A stretch of DNA of 64,000 nucleotides from an uncultured delta proteobacterium. GTDB lineage: Bacteria > Myxococcota > UBA727 > VGSZ01. Position 1 is the stretch's first letter, and the number at the start of each line of letters is the position of its first letter. The notes under the pieces are model-generated. The model was not told where the DNA came from, made no database searches, and saw only the letters and a program-made list of their open reading frames with translations. Where the stretch lies: positions 32,001-96,000 of the forward strand of contig CAVZJB010000004.1 in the NCBI GenBank assembly GCA_963775425.1, given 5' to 3'. Of the stretch, positions 43,036 through 56,313 are shown piece after piece. The position numbers and the translations under genes are program-made.

Positions 43036-43089
43036 TGGTGCCTGGCGGGCCCCACCCCGCGCGCGACGTGGTGCCTGCGCGGCCCCACC
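43036..43089. promoter_or_regulatory. Paired 21-bp direct repeats, putative upstream activator sites
   Basis: TGGTGCCTG-N3-GGCCCCACC at 43036 and 43069 (33-bp period, each containing GGTG-N12-CACC). Confidence 0.6.
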
Positions 43090-43109
43090 GTGCTCTAGAG
43101 TCGGCGGCA

Positions 43110-44471
43110 GTGGCGACGGACGAGCTGGAAGACGTGCTGGGCACGCTGGTCACGGACTTCGAGACCGGGCGCAGCCGCCTGCGGCGCCTGCGGATCGACG
43201 TCGAAGAGGGGCCCGACCGCGGGCAGAGCCTCGCGCTGCCCGCCGGCACCCGCTTCATCGGCAGCCAGCCGGGCGTCGACCTCGTGCTTCACGACCCGAA
43301 GGTCTCGCGCCGCCACGTCGAGGTGCAGGTGCTCGACGGGCGCGTGCGGGTGCGCGACCTCGGCAGCAAGAACGGCACCTTCCACGGCGACGCCCGCATC
43401 GACAGCGCGGAGCTGCCGCCGGGCGCCCGGCTGCTCGTCGGCAAGTCCGTGCTCCTCATCGCCGCCGACGACGAGGACGTCGAGCTCGGCGACGGCGAGC
43501 GCAGCTTCGACAATCTGCACACCGACAACCCCGAGCTTCGGCGCACGTTCGCGCTGCTCGCGCGCGCCGCCCGCAGCGACGTCACGGTGCTCGTCACCGG
43601 GGAGACCGGCGTCGGCAAGGACGTGCTCGCGCGCGCCATCCACCGCCAGAGCCGGCGGCGCGAGCGGCCCTTCGTCGTGCTCGACTGCGCCGCGCTCACG
43701 CCCACGCTCGCGGCGAGCGCGTTGTTCGGGCACAAGAAGGGCGCGTTCACCGGCGCGCTGCAGGACAGCCGCGGCGTGTTCGAGGAGGCCGACGGCGGCA
43801 CCCTCTTCATCGACGAGATCGGCGAGCTGCCGCTGGAGCTGCAGCCGATGCTCCTGCGCGTGCTCGAGACGCGCCAGGTGGTGCCGGTGGGTGAGGTGAA
43901 GGGCCGCCCGGTCGACGTGCGCGTGCTCGCGGCCACCAACCGCAACCTGCGCGCCGAGGCCGACGCCGGCCGCTTCCGCTCCGATCTGTTCTTCCGCCTG
44001 GCGGTCATCCGCGTGCACGTGCCGCCGCTGCGCGATCGCCTCGAGGACCTGCCGCTCCTCGTGCGGCGCCTGCTGTCGGACCTCGGGCGGAACGAGACCG
44101 GCTTTCCGCCGGGCGACATGGCGGCGCTGCGCGCGTACGCGTGGCCGGGGAACGTGCGCGAGCTGCGAAACGTCGTGGCGCAGTCGGTGGCCCTCTCGGA
44201 TGACTCGCTGCGCTTGTTCGGTTGGCGAGCCGAGCCCGGCGACGACGCGTCCACCGGCGCCGCGGCCGCCGGCGGCGACGACGACGACGACGCGCTCTCT
44301 GACCTGCCCTATCGCGAGGCGCGCGCCGGCGCCCTCGACGCCTTCGAGGCGCGCTACATCCGCGCGCTCCTCGAGGCCCACGACGGAAACGTCTCCAAGG
44401 CCGCGCGGGCCGCCGGCATCGATCGGCACTACGTCCACCGCCTCATGCGCCGCCACGGCGTCCAACGCTGA
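43110..44471 (+). CDS. FHA-domain sigma54-dependent enhancer-binding protein
   Basis: FHA ([13 protein letters not shown]), [42 protein letters not shown], Fis-type HTH. Confidence 0.95.
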   Translation: MATDELEDVLGTLVTDFETGRSRLRRLRIDVEEGPDRGQSLALPAGTRFIGSQPGVDLVLHDPKVSRRHVEVQVLDGRVRVRDLGSKNGTFHGDARIDSAELPPGARLLVGKSVLLIAADDEDVELGDGERSFDNLHTDNPELRRTFALLARAARSDVTVLVTGETGVGKDVLARAIHRQSRRRERPFVVLDCAALTPTLAASALFGHKKGAFTGALQDSRGVFEEADGGTLFIDEIGELPLELQPMLLRVLETRQVVPVGEVKGRPVDVRVLAATNRNLRAEADAGRFRSDLFFRLAVIRVHVPPLRDRLEDLPLLVRRLLSDLGRNETGFPPGDMAALRAYAWPGNVRELRNVVAQSVALSDDSLRLFGWRAEPGDDASTGAAAAGGDDDDDALSDLPYREARAGALDAFEARYIRALLEAHDGNVSKAARAAGIDRHYVHRLMRRHGVQR

Positions 44472-44513
44472 GGTGCCTCGACGACGCGGCGCCAGCCGCC
44501 GTCGACCGCGCCG

Positions 44514-47500
44514 TCACGCAGCGGGGATCAGCGCGCGTTCGAGGGCGAGCTCCACCTGGCTCAGCGCGATGGCGACGAAGAAGCCCGCGATGAGGTCCGG
44601 GGGCGCCGCGCGCACGACGGGATCGCGCTCGAGCGCGCGCGCGGCCTGCACGCGCTCGGCCACGGCGCGCAGCGCCGCGTCGTCGCCGGCGAGCTCGAGG
44701 TGGCTGCGCAGGAGCTGCGCGGCGAACCCGTCCACGGGCGTGCCGACGAGCGCGAGGCGGTCTTCGGCGCGATCGAACAGGGCGGCGGCGTGCTCGACGT
44801 CGCCGAAGCTGGCGATACTCGACGCCAGGAGGGCGAGGCCGATGCCCTCGATGCGCCGCTCGCCCGCGGCGCGCGCGCGCTTGATGGCGCGACGATGCAC
44901 GGCGGCCGCGGACTCCGGATCGCCGAGCTCCTGCTCGACGGCGCCGAGGCAGCACAAAAAGAGCGTCTCATAGCGACGGTGCCCCATGGCCGCGAGGTCG
45001 GCGACGGCGCCGATGAAGCTCGCGCGCGCGGCGGCGAGCCGCCCGAGCTGGTGTTGCAGCGCGCCGAGCACGCCGCGCGAGACGCCCCGCGCGCGGCGGG
45101 CGCCGCACGCGTCGTTCAAGCGCAAGCTCTCGGCGACCACCTCCGCCGCCGTCGCCAGCTCCCCGTCGACGAAGTGCGCCAGGCCGAGGAAGGTGAAGGT
45201 GCCGGCGCGCACGTACGGGTTGGCGTCGTCGTCGAGGAGCGCGGCGGCGCGTCCGAGCGTGGCGCGCGCGGCGGCGGTGCGGCCGAGCTCCGCCTCGGCC
45301 AGGCCGCGCGCGTTCAACACGCGCGCGAGCGCCTCGGGCGCGTCGACACCATGCAGCGCCTCCTCGCCGCGCGCGCAGAAGCCGACGGCGCCCTCGCCGT
45401 CGCCATCCTGGCTCGCGGCGTAGCTCATCGCCTCGCACAGGCGCGCCACCAGCGCAGGCGCCACGCGCGTCTTGCTCGCATGCTCCGCCGTGCGCGCGAG
45501 GAGCGCGCGCCACGTGCGCAGCGGCCCCGCGTACAGGAGCAGCGGCTCGAGCGCCAACGCCAGCCCCACCGCGAGCTCCGCCGACCGCGGCGTCGGCGTC
45601 GACGCGCAGACCCGCGCGTGCGCCGCGAGGAGGTTCTCGCGCTCGGCGCGCAGGCGCGGGAGCGCGCCGCGCCCTTCGCCCTCCTCGACGGCGACGGCCC
45701 AGGCGCCGCCGGCTGCGCTGAACTGCGCGGCGTGGCGCTCGTGGAGCGCGGCGGCGTCGGCGGCGCCGAGCTTCTCCTCGGCGAAGTCGCGCACGCTCGA
45801 GTACATCTCGAGCCGCGGCCCGCTCTCGCTGTCGCGCACGACGAGGAGGCTCTTGTCGTGGAGCGCGCGCAACAAATCGATGACGGCGGGCGCGCCCGCG
45901 GGGATCGCGAGCACCGCCTCGGCCTCGTCCGCGGTGAAGCCGCCGCGAAACACCGCGCACTGCGCGAGCGCGCGTTGCTCGTCGGCGCTCAACAATCGCC
46001 AAGACCACTCGAGCGCGGAGCGCAGGGTGGCGTGCCGATCGCGCCCGAGCGACGCGCCCGGCGCGCCGATCGCTTCGAGGTCTCTCAGGCGGGTACGCAT
46101 CTGCGCCGGCGGCAGCACCGCGGCGCGCGCGGCCGCCAGCTCGATCGCGAGGGGGATGCCGTCGAGCTCGCGGACGATCTGCGCGACGTCGGAGAGCTCG
46201 TCGTCGTCGACCGCGGCCCCGGCGTCGCGGGCGCGCGCGACGAACAGCGCGACCGCGTCCGCGCTCGCGGGATCGGCGCCCGGCGCGGGGACGGCGAGCG
46301 GCTCCAGCCGATGCGGCGCCTCGCCCTCGACGCCGAGGCGCTCCCGCGAGGTCACCAGGAAGCGGCACGCGGGCGCGAGCACGAGCCAGCGCCGCACGAC
46401 CGCGCCGCCGCAGGAAACGAGCTGCTCGAAGTTGTCGAGCACGAGCAACGAGGCGCGCTCCGCGAGCGCGTAACCAATCTTGTCGGCGGCGGCGTCGCCG
46501 TCGTCGAGAGACACGCCGAGCGCCTGGCCCACCGCGCGCAGGAGGTCGGCCTCGACGGCGGCCTCCGAGAGGTCGCAGAACACCACGCGCGCGCCGCCCG
46601 CGGCGCGGCTGCGTTCGTGCAGCTCGAGCGCGACCGCCGTCTTCCCCACGCCGCCCGCGCCGAGGAGGGTGACGAGGCGCGCGCCGCCGGAGAAGAGCGC
46701 GTCGATGCGCGCCAGGTCGTCGCTGCGCCCGACGAGCGCGCGCGGCGCGGGCACCTCGAGCGGCGCGGCGGGGAAGTCCTCGGGGAAGTGCGCGGTGCGC
46801 GTGGCGCTGGTGGCGACGACGGACTCGTCGACGACGGTGCGCTCGAGCAGGTGCTCGTCGACCGTGCCCGCGGGCCCGGGCAGCTTTGCGGTGGCCGCCG
46901 CCGCCTCCGGCGAGGGCGCGACGTTGCTCGACGTCATGGTCTTCGGGGCCGATGGCGCCGGGGCCGCGTCGTCGAAGGAGAGGCCGCGCATGACCGCCGC
47001 CAGCCGCGCCGGCGACGCTTCCACGCCGAAGCCCTCGCAGAGCTCGTCGAGCGCCGCCCACATCTCCGTCGCCGTCTGGAAGCGCTCGTCGGGCGCGGCG
47101 CGCAGCGCGCGCTCCACGGTGCGGGCGAGGAGCGCCGGGACGTCGTCGCGCGCCTCGACGATGGGCGCGTAACGGCCGCTGAGCAGCGCGTGCGCCCGCT
47201 CCGCCTGCGTCCGTCCCTGAAAGGGGTTCTTGCCGGTGAGCGCGACGAAGAGCGTGGCGCCGCAACTGAAGACGTCGCTGCGCGCGTCGGCCTGCTCGCC
47301 GCGGAATTGCTCCGGCGGCATGTAGCCGATCTTGCCGATGCGCGTCCCGGGCAGCGTAGCCTCGCTGTTGGTCTGGCGCGCCACGCCGAAGTCGATGAGC
47401 TTCACCTCGCCGTCGACGGAGATGAGCACGTTCGACGGCGAGACATCGCGGTGCACGACGCCGCGCGGTGAGCCGTCGCTGCCCTTGAGCGTGTGCGCGT

Positions 47501-47882
47501 AGCGAAGCGCGTCGCACACGGCGCGGCCGATGAACGCGACCAGCGGCGCGGACAGGGCGCGGCCGCGCAAGCCGAGCTGCGTGACGACGTCGCGCAGCGA
47601 GCCGCCCCGCACGTGCTCCATGACGATGGCGTGCTCGTCGCCGACGCGCCCGAAGTCGAAGGTCTGCACGATGTTCGGGTGCTGCAGTTGCGCGCCGAGC
47701 TGCGCCTCGGCGATGAAGCGCGCCACCGAGGTCTCGCCGTGGGCGAGGTGCGGGAGCAGCCGCTTGACGACGACGATCTTCTCGAAGCCCGCCATCGCCC
47801 GCAGCCGGGCGAGGAACACCTCGGCCATGCCTCCGGCGCCGAGGCGGGTGAGAAGCTCGTAACGCTCGGCGCTCGTCTCCAT
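44514..47882 (-). CDS. Ser/Thr kinase - STAND (NB-ARC-like) ATPase - TPR fusion
   Basis: Kinase motifs, then [45 protein letters not shown], then TPR-like helices. Confidence 0.92.
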   Translation of the reverse strand: METSAERYELLTRLGAGGMAEVFLARLRAMAGFEKIVVVKRLLPHLAHGETSVARFIAEAQLGAQLQHPNIVQTFDFGRVGDEHAIVMEHVRGGSLRDVVTQLGLRGRALSAPLVAFIGRAVCDALRYAHTLKGSDGSPRGVVHRDVSPSNVLISVDGEVKLIDFGVARQTNSEATLPGTRIGKIGYMPPEQFRGEQADARSDVFSCGATLFVALTGKNPFQGRTQAERAHALLSGRYAPIVEARDDVPALLARTVERALRAAPDERFQTATEMWAALDELCEGFGVEASPARLAAVMRGLSFDDAAPAPSAPKTMTSSNVAPSPEAAAATAKLPGPAGTVDEHLLERTVVDESVVATSATRTAHFPEDFPAAPLEVPAPRALVGRSDDLARIDALFSGGARLVTLLGAGGVGKTAVALELHERSRAAGGARVVFCDLSEAAVEADLLRAVGQALGVSLDDGDAAADKIGYALAERASLLVLDNFEQLVSCGGAVVRRWLVLAPACRFLVTSRERLGVEGEAPHRLEPLAVPAPGADPASADAVALFVARARDAGAAVDDDELSDVAQIVRELDGIPLAIELAAARAAVLPPAQMRTRLRDLEAIGAPGASLGRDRHATLRSALEWSWRLLSADEQRALAQCAVFRGGFTADEAEAVLAIPAGAPAVIDLLRALHDKSLLVVRDSESGPRLEMYSSVRDFAEEKLGAADAAALHERHAAQFSAAGGAWAVAVEEGEGRGALPRLRAERENLLAAHARVCASTPTPRSAELAVGLALALEPLLLYAGPLRTWRALLARTAEHASKTRVAPALVARLCEAMSYAASQDGDGEGAVGFCARGEEALHGVDAPEALARVLNARGLAEAELGRTAAARATLGRAAALLDDDANPYVRAGTFTFLGLAHFVDGELATAAEVVAESLRLNDACGARRARGVSRGVLGALQHQLGRLAAARASFIGAVADLAAMGHRRYETLFLCCLGAVEQELGDPESAAAVHRRAIKRARAAGERRIEGIGLALLASSIASFGDVEHAAALFDRAEDRLALVGTPVDGFAAQLLRSHLELAGDDAALRAVAERVQAARALERDPVVRAAPPDLIAGFFVAIALSQVELALERALIPAA

Positions 47883-47969
47883 GGCTTCGCCGCCGACTCT
47901 ACCATCCGCGCGTCGTCGTCGCGGCGGTGCGCACCGCCTCCTCGACGGCTGGGCGTCGCCGTGGACGGA

Positions 47970-49022
47970 TCAACGCGAGCTGAAGGTGTTCCAAAAGAGG
48001 CGGTCGGAGGCGGGGTCGGCGGCGAGGCGGGCGAGGAACGCCGCGAACGCCTTGCCCGTGTAGGTCTGCTCCAGCGGGATGCCGGGGGCGCCGGCGGGGG
48101 TGCCGGCGGGGGCGCCGGCGGGGGCGCGCGTGACGCGCGCGAGCGTCGCGACGGCGTCGAGGCCGGCGTCGGTGGCGACGCCGTATCCGTCGCCGAAGAA
48201 CGCGTCGAGGAGCACCGGCGCCGGCGCCGGCCCCGGCGCGCGCCCTGTGACGCGCTCGATGCGCGCGGCGCAGGCGCGCATCATCTTGGCCGCGACGTCG
48301 ACGGTGCACGATGAAAACGGCCCTACGCGCGCCGGCGCCACGCGCACGCCGACGACGCGCGTGTCGAGGCCCGCGAGCGCGCAGCCGAGCGTGAGTCCCG
48401 CGAGCGTGGCGGCGGTGCCGGCGGCGACGACGATCTCCTTCGGCGCGGGACAGGCGCCCACCCGGATCTGCGCGCGCAGCTCGAACGCGGCGTTCACGTA
48501 CGCGAACACGGCCACGGGGTTCGAGCAGCCCGCGAACAGGAAGTAGGTTCGCGGGTCGAGGCGGCGCGGGTGCGCGTACCAGGCGAGCGCCGTGGACAAC
48601 AGCGATCCCGCGCGCACGACGTCGGCGCCGTACTTGCGCATCGCCGCCGCGTTCTTGTCGACGGTGGCCGACGCGGGCTGCGGAAACGTCAGCACCGTAC
48701 ACGCGACGCCGAGCTCCGCGGCGACCAGGGACGCCGCGACGCCCGCGTTGGTGCCGGTGGCGCCGAACGTGACGATGCGGCGCGCGCGCCGGCGCCGGAT
48801 CTCGGGCACGATGACCTCGAGCTTTCGCATCTTGTTGCCGCCGTACGCCGTGGCGGTGAGGTCGTCGCGCTTGATCCACGCGTGCGGCGAGAGCGCCGGC
48901 AGCGGCTCGACCGGCGTCGGCAGCGTACACAGCGCGACGGGCGCGAGCGCCTCGGCGAGCGCCGGGTAATCTTCGAAGAGCGGCCAACGCGCCCGCAGGC
49001 CTGCGTCGACTTCGAGGGTCAT
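47970..49022 (-). CDS. PLP-dependent D-cysteine desulfhydrase / ACC deaminase family protein
   Basis: WIKRDDL, YGGNKMRKLE, LEQTYTGKA. Confidence 0.88.
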   Translation of the reverse strand: MTLEVDAGLRARWPLFEDYPALAEALAPVALCTLPTPVEPLPALSPHAWIKRDDLTATAYGGNKMRKLEVIVPEIRRRRARRIVTFGATGTNAGVAASLVAAELGVACTVLTFPQPASATVDKNAAAMRKYGADVVRAGSLLSTALAWYAHPRRLDPRTYFLFAGCSNPVAVFAYVNAAFELRAQIRVGACPAPKEIVVAAGTAATLAGLTLGCALAGLDTRVVGVRVAPARVGPFSSCTVDVAAKMMRACAARIERVTGRAPGPAPAPVLLDAFFGDGYGVATDAGLDAVATLARVTRAPAGAPAGTPAGAPGIPLEQTYTGKAFAAFLARLAADPASDRLFWNTFSSR

Positions 49023-49069
49023 GGGGAACGAAGTTTCGCTCGCGCCCCGATCTGTCGCAATCTCGCCAC

Positions 49070-50515
49070 GTGCACCTCCCGGCAGCCGCGCGCGCCCCGA
49101 GCTCGCTCCCGACGGGGAGCGCGCTCGCCCCACGCGTCGTGCTCGTCCTGCTCGTCCTGCTCGTCGTGCTCGCCACCGCGGCGGCCGGGTCCGCCCGCGC
49201 CGCGGGCGACCCGTCCGAGCCCGCGCCGTTGCCGGAGTCGCTGCCGCCCCTGGACGAGAGCCTCGTCAAGGAGGCGCCGGCGTCGCCGATGTCGTTGTTC
49301 GCGGCGGTGCGCCTGCGCGGCGAGCTCGACGACTCACGCGACCTCTCGCGCGTCGACGACGCCTCCGCAGGCGCCGCGCTCAGCGGCCTCGTCGGCGCGA
49401 GCGCCGCCCTCGAGGGCGCCCACGTCGACGTCGTCGTCGGCGACGGCGCCCGCATCGGGCAGCCGCCCACCGCGCCCGCCCTCGTCGCGCGCCCCGCCCT
49501 GCCGGCGCTCGAGCAGGCGCAGCTCAGCTTCGATCTGTCGGTGGCGGGCTTCCCGGCCGCGCTCTCCCTCGGGCGCATGCCCGTCGTCGTGGCCGACGGC
49601 CGCTGGGTGGGCACCGAGCCGTTCGATCCGCGCGGGCGCACGCTCGACGGGGCCCGCCTGCGCGCCCACGCGGGCCTCGTCGACGCCGGCCTGGGCGCCT
49701 TCTGGCTCGGCCCCGGCGACCTCGACGCGGCCGACACCGGCCGCGCCGTCTCCGCCCTCGGCGTCCTCGAGGCGGGCGTGCGCGCCGGCGACGACGTCGA
49801 CCTCGACGTCTACGCGCTGCTGCACCGCGACGGCCCCGCCGGCCTGACGCTCCCGACGCTCGGCCTGCGGGCGTCGGGGAGCTGGTCGTTCCTCCGCGGG
49901 CGCGCGGGCGCCGACGCGCAGGCCCCGCTCGCCGACGGCAGCAGCGCGTTTTCCCCCGCCGGCACCGCCGGCCACGCGGAGGCCGGCGTGCGCGCGACGG
50001 CGCCGCTCGCGCGCTGGTTCGCGCCGCCCGGGGACGAGCCGGCCCCGAGCGCCTCCCTGCCCGACGTCTACGTCGACGGCAGCGGCGAGATCACCGCGGG
50101 GACGGTGGTCGACGGTCGCGTCTTCCGCGCCCCCGCGCCCACGCAGCACGACGTGCTCGGGCTCCTCGACTTCGTCGCCGCCGACAACACCTGGTCCGCC
50201 GCCGTCGCCGCCGGCGCCGACGACGGCGCGGGGCGCCTCGAGGTCGCCGGGCGCATCATCGGCATCGTCGACGGCGCGGGCCCGCTCCTCGACACGGGGT
50301 TCAAGCCGATCCCCCAACGGCGCGGCGACGGCATCGCGCTGTTCGAGCTCGACGCCACGCTGGCCCTGCCCCTCACCAAGGACCTCGCGCTCGGCGTCGG
50401 CTACGCCGTCGCCGTCCCCGGCGCTGCCCTCGTCGGCGACGAGCCCGCGCAGCGGCTGTTCGTGAGCCTGAGCGGCGCGGCCGGCGACGCGGCTTCGCCC
50501 TTGCCCGCGCTGTAG
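49070..50515 (+). CDS. Alginate-export-family outer membrane beta-barrel
   Basis: Signal peptide; [15 protein letters not shown]...GRTLDGARL resembles the AlgE-family motif; amphipathic beta strands. Start approximate. Confidence 0.6.
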   Translation: MHLPAAARAPSSLPTGSALAPRVVLVLLVLLVVLATAAAGSARAAGDPSEPAPLPESLPPLDESLVKEAPASPMSLFAAVRLRGELDDSRDLSRVDDASAGAALSGLVGASAALEGAHVDVVVGDGARIGQPPTAPALVARPALPALEQAQLSFDLSVAGFPAALSLGRMPVVVADGRWVGTEPFDPRGRTLDGARLRAHAGLVDAGLGAFWLGPGDLDAADTGRAVSALGVLEAGVRAGDDVDLDVYALLHRDGPAGLTLPTLGLRASGSWSFLRGRAGADAQAPLADGSSAFSPAGTAGHAEAGVRATAPLARWFAPPGDEPAPSASLPDVYVDGSGEITAGTVVDGRVFRAPAPTQHDVLGLLDFVAADNTWSAAVAAGADDGAGRLEVAGRIIGIVDGAGPLLDTGFKPIPQRRGDGIALFELDATLALPLTKDLALGVGYAVAVPGAALVGDEPAQRLFVSLSGAAGDAASPLPAL

Positions 50516-50576
50516 TCGAAGCCGGGCGCCGCCGCCGCGCAGTAGACACCGGCGGACACGCGTCGAGGCCTTTCCG

Positions 50577-50591
50577 CGGCACGCTTCGTGC
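50577..50591 (+). promoter_or_regulatory. Putative sigma54 promoter CGGCAC-GCTTC-GTGC for clpB
   Basis: GG-N10-GC spacing, 30 bp upstream of the clpB ATG with SD AGGAGG. Confidence 0.5.
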
Positions 50592-50621
50592 GTAGCGTGC
50601 TGTGAGGCTCAGGAGGACGGA

Positions 50622-53234
<2,613 letters not shown>

Positions 53235-53291
53235 TTCTGGCGCGCTTCGCGCGGGGCCCTTGCTTCGTTGGCGCGCGCTGCGGGCGGACGG

Positions 53292-53448
53292 CTACAGAGA
53301 CCGCGTCACCTCGTCGAGGCGGTCGTACGTCTCCGCGGCGCCCTGCTCCATGCCGCTTCTCAGGTGGCCCCGCGGCGTGCTCCCAGCTCGCGTAGCGCGC
53401 GGTGGCGACGATGCGCGTGCGGCCGTCGGGCAGCGACGACAGCTCCAT
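53292..53448 (-). pseudogene. Frameshifted C-terminal remnant of an SRPBCC/AHSA1 protein
   Basis: ELSSLPDGRTRIVATARYAS in one frame and HLRSGMEQGAAETYDRLDEV in another. Confidence 0.55.
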
Positions 53449-53466
53449 CGTCTCCTCCCCGCACGA

Positions 53467-54948
53467 TCACGCACGGCGCCGGCGCGCTTTCCTCGGGATG
53501 ATCGCCAGCATCACGAGCGCGCCGAACAAGGGCGCCGCCGTCGTCGGCGACGTCTGCGCGCAGCCGCCCTCGGCCGACGCCGGCGGGAGGAGAGCGACGC
53601 GGCGCACGTGACCGGGGTCGACGTTCGGATCGCCCTCGCCCTCGCCCTCGCCGGCGGTCTCGCCCTCGCCCTCGCCGGGCGCGTCGAGGCGGGTGAGGCG
53701 GATGGCGTCGAAGACCTGCTGGGTGTTGGTGGAGCCGTCCTCGCCCGTGTTGTCGCTCAGGTGCACGGTCTCCGGCCCGGCGCCGTCGAACACGAGGTCG
53801 TCGGCGACGACGTTCCAGCCGTCGGCCGCCGTCTGGTCGACGGTGAAGCTGTCGGAGCCGCCCGCGTGGTTGACGACGTAGACGGACTGGTGCGACTGCG
53901 CGTACGCCGCGTCGGTGTAGGCCTCGACGCGGTAGTGGCCGGGCTCGGCGACGAGCACCTGCCACTCCCCGAAGTTGGCCTCCGTCGCCTCGGACGTGGT
54001 GTGCGTCCAGATGAGCGACCCGCCCTCGCCCGCGTCGCTGACGTGGCGCAGGAAGTCCGGCGGGCCGCCGCCCGTGAAGCACGGCGTGTCCTCGCTGACG
54101 ACGCCGCCGTCGGCCTTGAGCGTCTCGCAGATCTGGCAGTCGTCGGCGCAGGTGTCGTGGCTCTCGCCGGGGCTGCAGAAGCCGTCGCCGCAGACGGCCT
54201 CGCCGCCACCGAACCTGCCGGTGAGCTGGTCGACGGTGCCGTTGAAGCGGTCCTGGTCGACGTTGGCGCTGATGCCCGCGACCGGGCCCGTCGACGTGAA
54301 CTGCCAGAAGGCCCAGTCGCTCCACTGGTTCGGGAGCGTGGACGGGCACGTGCCGCCCGTGTAGCCCGCGTGCCACAGCGGGTAGCGCGAGAAGTCCGCG
54401 CCGACGTTGTCCTGCCAGAAGTAGCCGCCGGTGTAGATGATGGGCGTGACCCCGCTGCCCTGCTCGACGTGGTCGAGCCACTGCTGGAGCTTGTCGGCGC
54501 GGGTGGCGTTGTCGACGCCGTCGGTGCTCTCGACGTCGGCGACCGGCGGCAGATCGTTCGGGCCGAGGGTGCCCATCTTTTGGAGCAGGTAGTCGGCCTG
54601 CGCGATGGGATCCTCGTCGCTGCGGAAGAACTGGTAGGTGCCGCGCAAGACGCCGGCGTCGCGCGCGCCGGCCCAGTTCGCGTCGTAATACTCGTCGTGG
54701 TAGCCGAGCCCGTCGCTGACGCGGATGAAGGCGAACTTCACGCCGGCGCCGGCGGCGGCGTTCCAGTCGATGTCGCCCTGGTACTTGCTGACGTCGACGC
54801 CGAAGGTGGTCTCGCCGGCCGGACACACCTGGTGCACCGCCTGCTCCTCCTGCCCGGGAGCGCCGGCGAGGAGCGCGCCCATGGTCATGCCGCCGTCGGC
54901 ACAGGCGGCGAGCGCGAAGGCGGGCGTGAGGGCGAGGAGACGTCTCAT
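53467..54948 (-). CDS. GH25 lysozyme/muramidase with a beta-sandwich domain and MYXO-CTERM-like anchor
   Basis: GVDVSKYQG, PPVADVE, WQFTSTG, VDQDRF; GEGEGEG linker; GGC-TM-RRRR tail. Confidence 0.9.
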   Translation of the reverse strand: MRRLLALTPAFALAACADGGMTMGALLAGAPGQEEQAVHQVCPAGETTFGVDVSKYQGDIDWNAAAGAGVKFAFIRVSDGLGYHDEYYDANWAGARDAGVLRGTYQFFRSDEDPIAQADYLLQKMGTLGPNDLPPVADVESTDGVDNATRADKLQQWLDHVEQGSGVTPIIYTGGYFWQDNVGADFSRYPLWHAGYTGGTCPSTLPNQWSDWAFWQFTSTGPVAGISANVDQDRFNGTVDQLTGRFGGGEAVCGDGFCSPGESHDTCADDCQICETLKADGGVVSEDTPCFTGGGPPDFLRHVSDAGEGGSLIWTHTTSEATEANFGEWQVLVAEPGHYRVEAYTDAAYAQSHQSVYVVNHAGGSDSFTVDQTAADGWNVVADDLVFDGAGPETVHLSDNTGEDGSTNTQQVFDAIRLTRLDAPGEGEGETAGEGEGEGDPNVDPGHVRRVALLPPASAEGGCAQTSPTTAAPLFGALVMLAIIPRKARRRRA

Positions 54949-55016
54949 GGTGTGGGATCGTGTGCGCACGGGGACCCGCGCGCATCGGTCTGTTGGCGGA
55001 GGCCGTGTGGCGGGCA

Positions 55017-56309
55017 TCAACGCTTCTTCTTGAGCAGCCGGCGGGCGAGCTCGGGCGCGAACACCCCGGTGAGCCGCTTGTCCGGCGGGGCGGCGCGCAG
55101 GCGCTTTTCGACGTCGGCGACGGGGCGCTGCACGATGATGGACACGATGGGCGCGAGCCCGTGGTCGAGGGCGAACGAGGCGTCCTTCATGAGGATGCTG
55201 CGCAGCTTCTTGTAGTCCGAGAAGAGCGCATGCACGCGCATCTCGTCGGGGGCGGCGCGGATGAGCCCGCGCACCTGGTCCTCGGGCAGCCCGGTGAATT
55301 CCGCGACGAACGGCGCGACGACGTCGGCGTGCTCCCGGGCGCGCTTGGCCTGCAGCCGCCCGACGTCGAAGAACGCCAACGCGGGGGTCTCGGTGTCGGC
55401 GTCGTGCGACGCGTCGTCCCAGGAGGCGGCGACGACGTCGTCGCCGCCCGCGGCCTTCGGGACCTCGGCCGGCTTCGGCGGCGGCGGCGGCGGCGTTGGC
55501 GGCGCCGGCGCGGGGCGCGGCGGGTCGTCCACGCGCGCCGCGGGGCCCGGCGGCTCGGCCGGCGGCGGCGGCGGCGGCGCGTCCTTCTGCTTCACGAACT
55601 TGATGCCGTTTTTGACGACGACGGCGGGATCGAGGCCGAAGAACAGCGGGCGCGTGTTGTAGGGCGGGTCGGCGTAGTGGACCTGGAGAGGGGGCTTGAA
55701 GCCGGGCACGCCCTCGAGGAGGTGCGTGATGGCGTCCTGGGCCTCGGCGAAGGCGTCGTCGACGAGGATGCGATCGTCGATCCAGCGCTCGCGCTCGTAG
55801 GCGCGCACTGCGCCCGCGCCGACGAGCCGCAGCCACCCCGGGGCCGAGATGACGAGCGCGAGCGCCGCCGTCACCGCCGCCGCCGCGGCCGGGTGCGCCC
55901 AGCACTGGTCCACGCGCGCCACCAGGCCGCCGGTCGCGTGAAACACGGGGTGCAGCACGAGCAGCACCAACGGCTGCGCGAGCAAGAGCCCGAGCGCCGC
56001 GAGGACCACCGCCGCCGTCGCCGTGGGCGACCAATCGTCGATGGCGTCGATGGGCAGGTGCACGGGGTAGCCGCTGCCTGCGTTCACCAGCCGCACGAGG
56101 TTCAACATGAACGCGGCGAAGCCGACGCCGACGACCACGCCGACCACCGGCCCGAACGGGAACGACATCCCGTACGCCGCGCCTACGCCGCCGCCGGCCG
56201 CGGCGATGACGACGAGGACGGCGGCGAACGCGAAGAAGCGCACGTGGCCGCGGCCGAGCCGCCCAACGAGGCCCGCGTCGTATCCGGAGAGCGAGACGAG
56301 GAAACGCAC
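55017..56309 (-). CDS. Membrane protein, divergent DUF4407-like N-terminus plus Pro-rich linker and helical C-terminal domain
   Basis: FLVSLSGYD, MLNLVRL and LLAQPL parallel the neighbour's WFCAGGD, IFNIDRF and LSKPLE. Confidence 0.7.
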   Translation of the reverse strand: MRFLVSLSGYDAGLVGRLGRGHVRFFAFAAVLVVIAAAGGGVGAAYGMSFPFGPVVGVVVGVGFAAFMLNLVRLVNAGSGYPVHLPIDAIDDWSPTATAAVVLAALGLLLAQPLVLLVLHPVFHATGGLVARVDQCWAHPAAAAAVTAALALVISAPGWLRLVGAGAVRAYERERWIDDRILVDDAFAEAQDAITHLLEGVPGFKPPLQVHYADPPYNTRPLFFGLDPAVVVKNGIKFVKQKDAPPPPPPAEPPGPAARVDDPPRPAPAPPTPPPPPPKPAEVPKAAGGDDVVAASWDDASHDADTETPALAFFDVGRLQAKRAREHADVVAPFVAEFTGLPEDQVRGLIRAAPDEMRVHALFSDYKKLRSILMKDASFALDHGLAPIVSIIVQRPVADVEKRLRAAPPDKRLTGVFAPELARRLLKKKR

Positions 56310-56313
56310 GCGG

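Noticed and set aside
48081-48126. 12-bp repeat encoding APAGAPAGTPAGAPG in the desulfhydrase
   Set aside because: Short in-frame low-complexity slippage with no evidence of function.
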